44,091 nt of DNA from the NCBI RefSeq assembly GCF_013149785.1, contig NZ_JABEZU010000003.1, positions 496,001-540,091 on the forward strand. Reading direction: 5' to 3'. Both the position numbers and the translations under genes were made by a program. Positions 18,125-28,788 of the stretch are shown here, piece by piece. How positions within the stretch are numbered: the first letter of the stretch is position 1; each line of letters begins with the position of its first letter. The notes beneath the pieces were generated by a model. That model was not told the origin of the DNA. It did no database searches and worked only from the letters and a program-made list of their open reading frames with translations. The DNA comes from Isoptericola halotolerans (GTDB taxonomy: Bacteria > Actinomycetota > Actinomycetes > Actinomycetales > Cellulomonadaceae).

Positions 18125-18871
18125 ATGCAGAACGACGCCAGCACGGACGTCTACCAGGACCTCGGCGAGTTCCACGACCTCTTCATGGACGAGCCCTGGG
18201 CCGGGCTGCGCCCCGCGCTCACCACGGCGTTCGCGGACCTCGGCCCCCAGCACACGCTCCTCGACCTCGGTGCCGGAACCGGGCTCGGGACGCGCACGCT
18301 CGCCTCGGTGACCGGTGCGCAGATCGTGGCGATCGAGCCCTCGCGCACCATGCGGGCCGTGCTGACCGCCAGGGTCGCCGACGACGAGGACCTGTCGCGG
18401 CGGGTGACCGTGCGCGCCGGCCTGCTGCCCGGCGCCCTCGACGACGTCGTCGGCCGCGTCGACGGGTTCGTCGCGGCACACATGGTGGGCCACCTGTCGG
18501 AGGACGAGCGCAGCGCGACGTTCGCCCGGCTGCGATCCCTCATGACGCCCGAGGCCGTCGGTGTCATGACGATCGAGCCGGCGGGTGACGAAGGCCCCGC
18601 GGGCGAGGCCTTCGTCCAGGAACGTTGGGTCGGCTCGCTGCGCTACGTCGCGCGCTACCTGCCGGCGACGGACGAGCGCCGGTTCGTCAGCGAGTACGAG
18701 GTGCACGACGCCGAAAGGCTGCTGCGATCAGAGCGGTTCGTCGGGTCGTGGGAGAGGCTCAGCCCTGCCCGGCTCCGCCGCGAGCTGTCGGCGGCAGGCT
18801 TCGACGTCGAGCTGCACCAGCCCGGCGCCGCCCTGGTCCGGCTGATCGGGCGTACGTCGATGCCCGCATAG
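18125..18871 (+). CDS. Class I SAM-dependent methyltransferase
   Basis: Motif I LLDLGAGTG, motif II IVAIEPS; GGAGG RBS. Confidence 0.88.
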   Translation: MQNDASTDVYQDLGEFHDLFMDEPWAGLRPALTTAFADLGPQHTLLDLGAGTGLGTRTLASVTGAQIVAIEPSRTMRAVLTARVADDEDLSRRVTVRAGLLPGALDDVVGRVDGFVAAHMVGHLSEDERSATFARLRSLMTPEAVGVMTIEPAGDEGPAGEAFVQERWVGSLRYVARYLPATDERRFVSEYEVHDAERLLRSERFVGSWERLSPARLRRELSAAGFDVELHQPGAALVRLIGRTSMPA

Positions 18872-18922
18872 CTGCCTCCGGATGCACTGCGACCGACGAA
18901 CCCGCCCGACTGTGATCTCCGC

Positions 18923-19492
18923 TCACCACGTGCGAGAGTGCTGCCGCACCAGGCTCTGCCCGTCCGTGCCGAGTCTGCGACACAGTCCGATCAGAACGAG
19001 CGCACACTGGCGTGCATCTGCTCCGGCGTCGTGGTGGTCGTGGTCCGGGATGTTCAGCGCTGTCGAGACATCGGGCAGCTTGTAGGAGGCAAGATCCAGC
19101 ACCGACCTGGCGGTGTCGCGCGTGCAGAGCCAACGGGTGCGGGGAAGCACGATGCCGCAGGCCGCGCTCGCCTGCGTCAGGACCGAGCGGTCGAAGGCGG
19201 CGTTGTGCGCAACCAGCGCATCCGCGCCAGCGAACTCTGCGACCTTCGGATAGACGACGTCCCAGGTCGGCGCTCCGAGCACGGCTTGCGCCGTGATGCC
19301 GTGCACGGCCACGTTGTAGTGGTTGAACGACTGGACCCCGGAGGGGGGCTGGACCAGCGTCTCGAGCGTGTCCACGACGACGCCGTCCCGGACCTTGGCA
19401 AGGCCGACCGAGCACACAGACGCCCGCTTCGGGTTGGCCGTCTCGAAATCGATCGCGGTGAACGACAGACCCTCGAGAGCAATGTGCGACAT
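18923..19492 (-). CDS. Stand-alone DEDDh (DnaQ-like) 3'-5' exonuclease
   Basis: ExoI AIDFETAN, ExoII LVAHNAAFD, ExoIII HHDAGADA. Start ATG 19492 follows TATCAT-N7; 19501 is an alternative. Confidence 0.88.
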   Translation of the reverse strand: MSHIALEGLSFTAIDFETANPKRASVCSVGLAKVRDGVVVDTLETLVQPPSGVQSFNHYNVAVHGITAQAVLGAPTWDVVYPKVAEFAGADALVAHNAAFDRSVLTQASAACGIVLPRTRWLCTRDTARSVLDLASYKLPDVSTALNIPDHDHHDAGADARQCALVLIGLCRRLGTDGQSLVRQHSRTW

Positions 19493-19579
19493 GGTGGACA
19501 TGATAGACAGCCCACCACCATCGACGCGGACGCTCGGTCGAGGCGCCGGTGCAGGTCAGCAGGCGGTACGATGCGGATC

Positions 19580-20128
19580 GTGCGTGATGACCTTGGCTTC
19601 GCTGTTCCCACCGCTCGTCGCGACCTGGCCAGCCTGAGGACTGCCCTCAAGGCGGTTCATCAAGGCATGCTGGTCACCGCAGCACTGCGCACCGCTGAAC
19701 ACGGACGGTTCAACGTCTCCGGTCGTGTACGTCGAGACCTGACCGACACCGCGTTCAAGGTGGGCTGGTGGGATCTGACGACGGGCAAGGGCACCGAGCC
19801 CGTCGCGGAACTGCAGAGTCTCGTCACGACGGACGCGGGCGATGCCCCGGCCGGGCCCGGCGTGGCCAAGGTCGACGACCTGCGCGACGTGGTCTCGACA
19901 CTTGCCGCCGGTGACGTCGTCACTGCGGGCTTCGAGTTCGAGGGCTGTGGTGCGTTCACGATTTCCGGCGAGATCCGCCGCGACGAGGTCGGCACGAGGT
20001 GGGTCCTGGCGGGGCATCATCTGGGCCACGGCGACGCCCCCGCAGCACGCCTCCGTCGCCTTACGGTTGAGCGCAGGGCTCCAGCACTCGCCGCAGCGAG
20101 CGGCAGCGACGACCTGTCCGGCGACTGA
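19580..20128 (+). CDS. Hypothetical protein built from two tandem ~70-aa repeats
   Basis: C-terminal part of the 18938..20128 frame; internal repeat G..VTA...G.F..SG..RRD; TACGAT-N7-GTG start (ATG 19571 is an alternative). Confidence 0.7.
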   Translation: MRDDLGFAVPTARRDLASLRTALKAVHQGMLVTAALRTAEHGRFNVSGRVRRDLTDTAFKVGWWDLTTGKGTEPVAELQSLVTTDAGDAPAGPGVAKVDDLRDVVSTLAAGDVVTAGFEFEGCGAFTISGEIRRDEVGTRWVLAGHHLGHGDAPAARLRRLTVERRAPALAAASGSDDLSGD

Positions 20129-20173
20129 CCTCGCCGCCTCGAGGCGGGCACGGCACCTTCCGCAGACCTGAGG

Positions 20174-20209
20174 AGCCCCTCCGACCTGCGGCGGCAGGTC
20201 AGAGGGGCT
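20174..20209. terminator. Hairpin between convergent hypothetical gene and sufT
   Basis: AGCCCCTCCGACCTGC-ggcg-GCAGGTCAGAGGGGCT, near-perfect stem. Confidence 0.7.
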
Positions 20210-20220
20210 GACTCGCAACC

Positions 20221-20586
20221 TCAGACGTTGAAGCCCAGCATCCGCAGCTGCTCACGACCGTCGTCCGTGATCTTCTCCGGACCCCACGGCGGCATCCACA
20301 CCCAGTTGATCCGGTGACCGGTGACGAGTCCCTCGAGGGCCTGCGCGGACTGGTCCTCCAGGACGTCGGTCAGCGGGCACGCCGCCGACGTCAGCGTCAT
20401 GTCGATGGTGGCGTGGTTGTTCTGGTCCACCTCGACGCCGTAGACCAGCCCGAGGTCGACGACGTTGATCCCGAGCTCGGGGTCGATGACGTCGCGCATC
20501 GCCTCCTCGACGTCCGCCGCGGTGGTCGCACCCGGTGTCGGGCCGGCCGGGGCCGGCGTGGCCGTCTCGGTCGTGTTCTCAGTCAT
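20221..20586 (-). CDS. sufT: DUF59 / SufT Fe-S assembly factor
   Basis: DVIDPELGINVVDLGLVY, MTLTSAACPL, WVWMPPW; last gene of the suf operon. Confidence 0.9.
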   Translation of the reverse strand: MTENTTETATPAPAGPTPGATTAADVEEAMRDVIDPELGINVVDLGLVYGVEVDQNNHATIDMTLTSAACPLTDVLEDQSAQALEGLVTGHRINWVWMPPWGPEKITDDGREQLRMLGFNV

Positions 20587-21085
20587 CGGTTCCTCCGGTC
20601 GAGTCTGCCAGCGCGCCGCTGCGCGCCAGCGAGTCCTTCAGCGCTGCCCAGCCGAGCAGCGCGCACTTGATGCGGGCGGGGTACTGCGAGACGCCGGTGA
20701 ACGCCTCGCCGTCGCCGAGGGCGTCGAGCGACGCCTCGTCGTCCAGCCCCTTGCCGCGCGATCCCATCAGGGCGTGGAACGCCTCGTCCAGGCGACGGAC
20801 GTCGGCCAGGTTCCGACCGGTGACGAGCTCGGTCATCACCGAGACGGACGCCTGCGAGATGGAACAGCCCTCCCCCTCCCAGGAGACGCCCGACACCACG
20901 GTGTCGCGGCCGGGGCCGGGAGCGACGTCCACGCGCAGCGTGACCTCGTCCCCGCACGTCGGGTTCACCTGGTGCGACTCCCCACCGAGATGTCCCTCGA
21001 CGGGCTCGGCCAGGCCACGGCCGTGCGGGTGCTTCGCATGGTCGAGGATGACCTGCTGGTACATCTGCTCCAACGAGCTGCTCAT
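20579..21085 (-). CDS. sufU: SUF system NifU-family sulfur-transfer protein
   Basis: LEQMYQQVILDH, NPTCGDE, GCSISQAS, RIKCALL. Confidence 0.93.
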   Translation of the reverse strand: MSSSLEQMYQQVILDHAKHPHGRGLAEPVEGHLGGESHQVNPTCGDEVTLRVDVAPGPGRDTVVSGVSWEGEGCSISQASVSVMTELVTGRNLADVRRLDEAFHALMGSRGKGLDDEASLDALGDGEAFTGVSQYPARIKCALLGWAALKDSLARSGALADSTGGTDD

Positions 21086-21098
21086 GGGTCCTCCTGAC

Positions 21099-23191
<2,093 letters not shown>

Positions 23192-23237
23192 CAGGTGGTT
23201 CTCCAGGTCTTGTTCGAAAGTCTGTGGTTCAGGGAGG

Positions 23238-23585
23238 TCAGGACACGGCGGCGAGCGGGGCGTCGATGTCGACGAGCACCTTGTCGCCGTCCACGGTCAC
23301 CGGGTAGACGGGCACCGGCCGGGTCGCAGGAAGCTGCAGCGGCTTGCCGGTGCGCAGGTCGAACTGCGAGCCGTGCAGCCAGCACTCGACCCGGCAGCCC
23401 TCGACCTCCCCGTCGGACAGCGAGACCGCCCCGTGGGAGCAGATGTCGCTGATCGCGTGAAAGTCACCGTCGGCGTCCCGGACGAGCGCGACCGGCACCA
23501 TGGCACCGTCGGCGGCCTGGAGCTCGACGAGCTTGGCCTCCTCGGGCTCCAGGTCGGTCGTCGAGGCGACGATCTGCTGGGTCAC
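23238..23585 (-). CDS. Rieske-type [2Fe-2S] ferredoxin
   Basis: CSH...CWLH Rieske ligand boxes; lies between sufD and sufC. Confidence 0.92.
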   Translation of the reverse strand: MTQQIVASTTDLEPEEAKLVELQAADGAMVPVALVRDADGDFHAISDICSHGAVSLSDGEVEGCRVECWLHGSQFDLRTGKPLQLPATRPVPVYPVTVDGDKVLVDIDAPLAAVS

Positions 23586-23589
23586 GCCG

Positions 23590-24795
23590 TCACTCCGCCG
23601 CCGGGGCGCCGGTGATGACGCTCATCGACTTCTCGAGCTCGGCCTCGATCGAGGCGAGCAGCCGCTCCTCGACGGACGCGACCCCGATCTCGTCGATGAG
23701 CTCCGCGAAGAACCCCCGCACCACGAGGCGGCGCGCGTCCGTCTCGGGGATGCCGCGAGCCATGAGGTAGAAGAGCTGCTCGTCGTCGAACCTGCCGGTC
23801 GCCGACGCGTGGCCCGCTCCCGCGATCTCGCCGGTCTCGATCTCGAGGTTCGGCACCGAGTCGGCGCGCGCCCCGTCGGTCAGGACGAGGTTGCGGTTGA
23901 GCTCGTAGGTGTCGGTGTCCTCGGCCTCGGCCTGGATGAGGACGTCCCCGACCCACACGGTGTGAGCCCCTGAGCCCTGCAGCGCACCCTTGTAGGTGAC
24001 CCGGGACTTGCAGCTCGGCACGCCGTGGTCCACGAAGAGGCGGTGCTCCTGGTGCTGGTCGGCGTCGGCGAAGTACAGGCCGACCATCTCGACCTCGCCG
24101 CCGGGGGCGGTGAACGTCGCGTCCGGGGTGATCCGCACGACGTCGCCGCCGAAGGTCACCACGACGTGCTTGAGCCTGGCGTCGCGCCCGACCGTGGAAC
24201 GGTGCGCGGCCGCGTGGACGGCGCCGTCGGCCCAGTCCTGCACGGAGACCACGGTCAGCTGCGCGCCGTCCTCGACGACGACCTCGACCGTCTGGTTGAG
24301 GAGCGCGTCGCCGCGGTGGTCGATGACCACGACCGCCTCGGAGTGCCGCTCGGCGTGCACCAGCAGGTGCTGGGCGGTGGCGTCCTTCGAGACGCCGTCG
24401 ATCCGCACCGAGGTGACGTCGGACGCGACGGCCTCGGCGGGCACGGTGACGACGGTGGCCTCGGTGACGGCGTTCCAGGCGCTGACCGCGGTGCGGTCGC
24501 CGGGCTTGCCGGCCTTCCCGAGGCGGGCGTCGTCACGGGCGACCGTCTCGACCTTGACCTCGGGCGCGGCCTCGACGGTCACGGTGACTCCGTCGGAGGC
24601 GAGCGTCTCGGCGAAGAGCGGCTGCAGCCGCGCGACCGGTGAGAAGCGCCATTCCTCCTCGCGGCCGGAGGGCACCGGGATGTCCGCGAGGTCGAAGGAG
24701 GTGACGCGCTCGGCACGGGAGCCGGCCGGGACCAGCCCGTGCGAGTGCGCGCCGTCGGCCACGGCGCGTGAGTGATCGGTGGTGGTGGCAGTCAT
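23590..24795 (-). CDS. sufD: Fe-S cluster assembly protein SufD
   Basis: REEEWRFSP, YKGALQG, ADSVPNLEI, GHASATGRFDDEQLFYL.ARGI. Confidence 0.95.
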   Translation of the reverse strand: MTATTTDHSRAVADGAHSHGLVPAGSRAERVTSFDLADIPVPSGREEEWRFSPVARLQPLFAETLASDGVTVTVEAAPEVKVETVARDDARLGKAGKPGDRTAVSAWNAVTEATVVTVPAEAVASDVTSVRIDGVSKDATAQHLLVHAERHSEAVVVIDHRGDALLNQTVEVVVEDGAQLTVVSVQDWADGAVHAAAHRSTVGRDARLKHVVVTFGGDVVRITPDATFTAPGGEVEMVGLYFADADQHQEHRLFVDHGVPSCKSRVTYKGALQGSGAHTVWVGDVLIQAEAEDTDTYELNRNLVLTDGARADSVPNLEIETGEIAGAGHASATGRFDDEQLFYLMARGIPETDARRLVVRGFFAELIDEIGVASVEERLLASIEAELEKSMSVITGAPAAE

Positions 24796-24796
24796 A

Positions 24797-26263
24797 TCAG
24801 CCGACGGACCCTTCCATCTGCAGCTCGATGAGGCGGTTGAGCTCGAGCGCGTACTCCATGGGCAGCTCGCGCGCGATGGGCTCGACGAACCCGCGCACGA
24901 TCATGGCCATGGCCTCGGTCTCGTCCATTCCTCGGGACATGAGGTAGAACAGCTGGTCCTCGCTCACCTTGGACACCGTCGCCTCGTGCCCCATGGACAC
25001 GTCGTCCTCGCGGACGTCGACGTACGGGTAGGTGTCGGACCGGGAGATCTGGTCGACGAGCAGCGCGTCGCACAGCACGTTGGAGGCGGAGGCCTCGGCG
25101 CCCTCGAGCACCTGGACCAGGCCGCGGTAGGACGTGCGCCCACCACCACGGGCCACCGACTTGGAGACGATGGAAGACGACGTGCGCGGCGCGGCGTGCA
25201 CCATCTTGGCGCCGGCGTCCTGGTGCTGACCCTCGCCCGCGAAGGCGATCGACAGCGTCTCGCCGCGGGCGTGCTCGCCCATGAGGTAGATCGCCGGGTA
25301 CTTCATGGTGACCTTGGAGCCGATGTTGCCGTCGACCCACTCCATCTGGGCACCGGCCTCGGCCGTGGCGCGCTTGGTCACGAGGTTGTACACGTTGTTC
25401 GACCAGTTCTGGATGGTCGTGTAGCGCACGCGGGCGTTCTTCTTGACGATGATCTCCACGACGGCGCTGTGCAGCGAGTCCGACGAGTAGATCGGCGCCG
25501 TGCAGCCCTCGACGTAGTGCACGTACGAGCCCTCGTCGGCGATGATCAGCGTCCGCTCGAACTGGCCCATGTTCTCGGTGTTGATCCGGAAGTAGGCCTG
25601 CAGGGGGATCTCGACGTGCACGCCCGGCGGGACGTAGACGAACGAGCCGCCCGACCAGACCGCCGAGTTCAGCGCGGAGAACTTGTTGTCGCCGGCCGGG
25701 ATGACCGTGCCGAAGTACTCCGCGAACAGCTCGGGGTACTCGCGCAGGCCGGTGTCGGTGTCGACGAAGATGACGCCCTGCTCCTCCAGGTCCTCACGGA
25801 TCTGGTGGTAGACGACCTCGGACTCGTACTGGGCCGCGACGCCGGCCACGAGGCGCTGCTTCTCCGCCTCGGGGATCCCGAGCTTGTCGTAGGTGGCCTT
25901 GATGTCCTCCGGCAGCTCCTCCCAGCTGGTGGCCTGCTTCTCGGTGGACCGCACGAAGTACTTGATCCGGTCGAAGTCGATCCCAGTGAGGTCGGCGCCC
26001 CAGCTCGGCATCGGCTTCTTGCCGAACAGGCGCAGTGCCTTGAGACGGGCCTTGAGCATCCACTCGGGCTCGTTCTTCAGGGCCGAGATGTTGCGCACGA
26101 CCGCCTCGTCGAGGCCACGCTCGGCGATCGCGCCCGCCTCGTCGGTGTCGTGCCAGCCGTACTCGTACGCACCGATCGAGTCGATGATCTCCTCGTCGGA
26201 GGGCTTGTCGGCGTTCGGTGCCACTGCCGCCTGGGCGGCGGCGTCCTGGGTAGGAGCGCTCAT
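24797..26263 (-). CDS. sufB: Fe-S cluster assembly protein SufB (no intein)
   Basis: [43 protein letters not shown]; 488 aa from ATG 26263. Confidence 0.96.
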   Translation of the reverse strand: MSAPTQDAAAQAAVAPNADKPSDEEIIDSIGAYEYGWHDTDEAGAIAERGLDEAVVRNISALKNEPEWMLKARLKALRLFGKKPMPSWGADLTGIDFDRIKYFVRSTEKQATSWEELPEDIKATYDKLGIPEAEKQRLVAGVAAQYESEVVYHQIREDLEEQGVIFVDTDTGLREYPELFAEYFGTVIPAGDNKFSALNSAVWSGGSFVYVPPGVHVEIPLQAYFRINTENMGQFERTLIIADEGSYVHYVEGCTAPIYSSDSLHSAVVEIIVKKNARVRYTTIQNWSNNVYNLVTKRATAEAGAQMEWVDGNIGSKVTMKYPAIYLMGEHARGETLSIAFAGEGQHQDAGAKMVHAAPRTSSSIVSKSVARGGGRTSYRGLVQVLEGAEASASNVLCDALLVDQISRSDTYPYVDVREDDVSMGHEATVSKVSEDQLFYLMSRGMDETEAMAMIVRGFVEPIARELPMEYALELNRLIELQMEGSVG

Positions 26264-27006
26264 CGTGATCCTTCCTGCGTGCCGCCGGAGCGGCTGGCGG
26301 GGGTGGGGGGAGTCAGCGGGATGTTCGTGACGCAGGCGTGCGCGCCGCCTGCGAGGGTGGCCAGTCGTTGGACGTGCGTGCCGAGCAGCTCGGAGAACGC
26401 GCGCGCCTCGGCCTCGCACAGCTCGGGGAAGTCCTCGGCGGCGTGCTGCACGGGGCAGTGCCCCTGGCACAGCTGGACGGTCGGGGCCACCGGGCCGACG
26501 ACGGGACGCACCGACGAGGCGTAGCCGTCGGCGGCGAGCAGGTCGGCGAGCTGCGCGGCCCGCTCCTGGGGGTCGGTCGCGGTCAGCCGGGGGGCGTACC
26601 GACGCACCACGGCGTCGTTGCGCTCGGTGGCGAAGGCCTCGACGGCCTCGTCACCGGCCGTACGACGCAGGAACCGCATCGCCTGGGTGGCGAGCTCGCT
26701 GTCGTGGTCGCCGAGCTCGGCCTGCCCTGCGGTGCTCACGACGTAGTGGCGTGCGGGCCGCCCCCGTCGGGCGGGCACGGCGCCCGTGCCGCCCTCGTGC
26801 ACCATGATCGTGCCGTCGTGCTCCAGGCCCGCCAGGTGCCGACGGACGGCCGCCTGGGTCAGGTTCAGCACGTCGGCGAGGCGACCGGCCGTGACCGGCC
26901 CCTCGGTGGCGACGAGCTCCAGCACACGACGGCGGGTCCCGTCGCCCTCCACGTGGGGGTGCGCGACGACGCCCTGGGCCTTCAAGGGGTCCGTGGTCCT
27001 CGTCAT
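26260..27006 (-). CDS. sufR: SufR HTH transcriptional regulator
   Basis: N-terminal HTH (AVRRHL...RGRPAR) and C-terminal CQGHCP...LCEAE...C Fe-S ligand pattern; first gene of the suf operon. Confidence 0.88.
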   Translation of the reverse strand: MTRTTDPLKAQGVVAHPHVEGDGTRRRVLELVATEGPVTAGRLADVLNLTQAAVRRHLAGLEHDGTIMVHEGGTGAVPARRGRPARHYVVSTAGQAELGDHDSELATQAMRFLRRTAGDEAVEAFATERNDAVVRRYAPRLTATDPQERAAQLADLLAADGYASSVRPVVGPVAPTVQLCQGHCPVQHAAEDFPELCEAEARAFSELLGTHVQRLATLAGGAHACVTNIPLTPPTPASRSGGTQEGSR

Positions 27007-27030
27007 GTGCTCACCTCCCGTGCGTCGATA

Positions 27031-27052
27031 TACAGAACATCCTTGTTGCGTA
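27031..27052. promoter_or_regulatory. Imperfect palindrome upstream of sufR (candidate SufR operator)
   Basis: TACAGAACA-tcct-TGTTGCGTA, 7/9 arm match, AT-rich, 24 nt upstream of the sufR ATG. Confidence 0.45.
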
Positions 27053-27167
27053 ATCGAGGATGTCAAGCAAGGCATGCCTCACCGAACACGCAGCGCCGCA
27101 GGTCAGCGGGCCTCGTGCGACGCACGTCACACATGTTTCACAGGCTGTTCATGGACGGCTCGCCCGA

Positions 27168-27785
27168 TCAGCCCTCGATGACCTCGCCGTCGATGACGTC
27201 CCCGTCCCCCGGGCCCGTGGAACCCATCGCGCGCAGCTTGACCCCGAGCGCGACCAGCGCGACGCCGATGACCACGGCGAAGATCCCGATGATCACGGAC
27301 ATCACCTCGATGGTCCCGCCGGGGTTCGTGAAGCACACGATCGCCAGGGCGACGAAGAGCAGGCCCGAGACCAGGGTCCACAACCAGGACGTCCCGCCAC
27401 GCGTGCGGATCGCGAACGCCCCGAAGATCTGCAGCAGCCCGAAGACCAGGGCCCAGACCGCGATCAGCGCGAGGACCAGGCCCAGGGCGAGCTCGGGCAG
27501 GAACAGCAGCACCGCACCGAAGACGATGGCCACCACGCCGATGCCGACGCTCACCGATCCGGTCTGGCTCCCCCGGCGGCGCATCCCGTCGACGAGCGAG
27601 ACCAGGCCGTCGACGATCACGAAGACCCCGAACACCTGGACCAGCAGACCCGGCGTCTTGTCCGGCAGCAGGATCGCCAGCAGCCCGAAGGCCACGGCCA
27701 GCACCCCACGGATCACCGGCCAGTACCAGATACGTCGCGCGAGCTGGGCGAGATCTGACGGCTGGGCGAAGGTGTAGAAGGTCAT
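27168..27785 (-). CDS. HdeD/DUF308 family membrane protein
   Basis: IRGVLAVAFGLLAILLP...FGVFVIVDG repeated-hairpin pattern, about 6 TM; AGGAG RBS before ATG 27785. Confidence 0.85.
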   Translation of the reverse strand: MTFYTFAQPSDLAQLARRIWYWPVIRGVLAVAFGLLAILLPDKTPGLLVQVFGVFVIVDGLVSLVDGMRRRGSQTGSVSVGIGVVAIVFGAVLLFLPELALGLVLALIAVWALVFGLLQIFGAFAIRTRGGTSWLWTLVSGLLFVALAIVCFTNPGGTIEVMSVIIGIFAVVIGVALVALGVKLRAMGSTGPGDGDVIDGEVIEG

Positions 27786-27825
27786 CGTCACTCCTGGTGT
27801 CTCGACGCGTCCGTAGAATCCTCTG

Positions 27826-28788
27826 GTGCCCACCACCGATACGCGACCCGGCGGCGCCGTCGACGTGCGCGGCCTGCGCAAGACCTACGGCGGCCGCGAC
27901 GTCGTCGACGGCCTCGATCTGCAGGCTACCGCCGGAACGGTCACCGCGGTGCTCGGGCCCAACGGGGCCGGCAAGACCACCACCGTCGAGTGCTGTGAAG
28001 GGCTGCGCTCCCCCGACGGCGGGACGGTCCGCGTCCTGGGTCTGGACCCCGTGACGGACGCGGCCGCCCTGCGCCCCCGGGTCGGCGTGATGCTGCAGGA
28101 CGGCGGGCTGCCCACCGGCGTGCGCGCGATGGAGATGCTGCGGCACGTCGCCCGCATGTATGCCGCCCCGCGGGACGTCGACGGGCTCGCCGAACGGCTC
28201 GGGCTGCCGGCCTTCGGCCGGACCACGGTGCGGCGCCTGTCCGGCGGGCAACGGCAGCGCCTGGCGCTGGCCGCCGCCGTCGTGGGCCGCCCGGAGGTCG
28301 TGTTCCTCGACGAACCGAGCGCGGGGATGGACCCCCAGTCGCGCCACGCGGTCTGGGACCTCGTGCGCGAGCTGCGCGCCGACGGCGTCGCGGTGGTCCT
28401 GACCACCCACCTGATGGACGAGGCGGAGGATCTCGCCGACGTCGTCCACGTCGTCGACCACGGTCGTGTCATCGCCTCGGGGAACGTGCCGGACCTGCTC
28501 TCGGACGGAACCGCCGGCCGGTCCCCGCGACTGCGCTTCGGGGCGCGACCAGGTCTCCCGGTCGCTGTGCTCGCCACGCACCTCGACGACGCCGCGCCCG
28601 ACGGCGGATGGACCGTCACGGAGGACGAGCCCGGGGAGTACGTCGTCACCGGACCTGTGCATCCCACCACGCTCACGGCGCTGACCACGTGGCTCGCCCG
28701 GCACGACGTCCTGGCCACCCGCATCACCGTGGGGCGCCGCACGCTCGAAGACGTGTTCCTCGACCTCACCGGACGGCACCTGCGATGA
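27826..28788 (+). CDS. ABC-2 type exporter ATP-binding protein
   Basis: GPNGAGKT, LSGGQRQR, FLDEPSAG, TTHLMDEAE, TLEDVFLDLTG. Confidence 0.92.
   Translation: MPTTDTRPGGAVDVRGLRKTYGGRDVVDGLDLQATAGTVTAVLGPNGAGKTTTVECCEGLRSPDGGTVRVLGLDPVTDAAALRPRVGVMLQDGGLPTGVRAMEMLRHVARMYAAPRDVDGLAERLGLPAFGRTTVRRLSGGQRQRLALAAAVVGRPEVVFLDEPSAGMDPQSRHAVWDLVRELRADGVAVVLTTHLMDEAEDLADVVHVVDHGRVIASGNVPDLLSDGTAGRSPRLRFGARPGLPVAVLATHLDDAAPDGGWTVTEDEPGEYVVTGPVHPTTLTALTTWLARHDVLATRITVGRRTLEDVFLDLTGRHLR

Noticed and set aside
18078..18311. 77-aa ORF starting MRMILIN as a possible leader peptide
   Set aside because: Its start is simply the Fur/Zur palindrome read in frame; the rest overlaps the methyltransferase out of frame.
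24797..26263. Possible intein in SufB (as in some mycobacteria)
   Set aside because: The protein is 488 aa with contiguous SufB motifs and no insertion.
27168..27785. HdeD-family gene between sufR and the ABC exporter as part of a novel system
   Set aside because: Common stand-alone membrane protein; no sequence evidence linking it to either neighbour.
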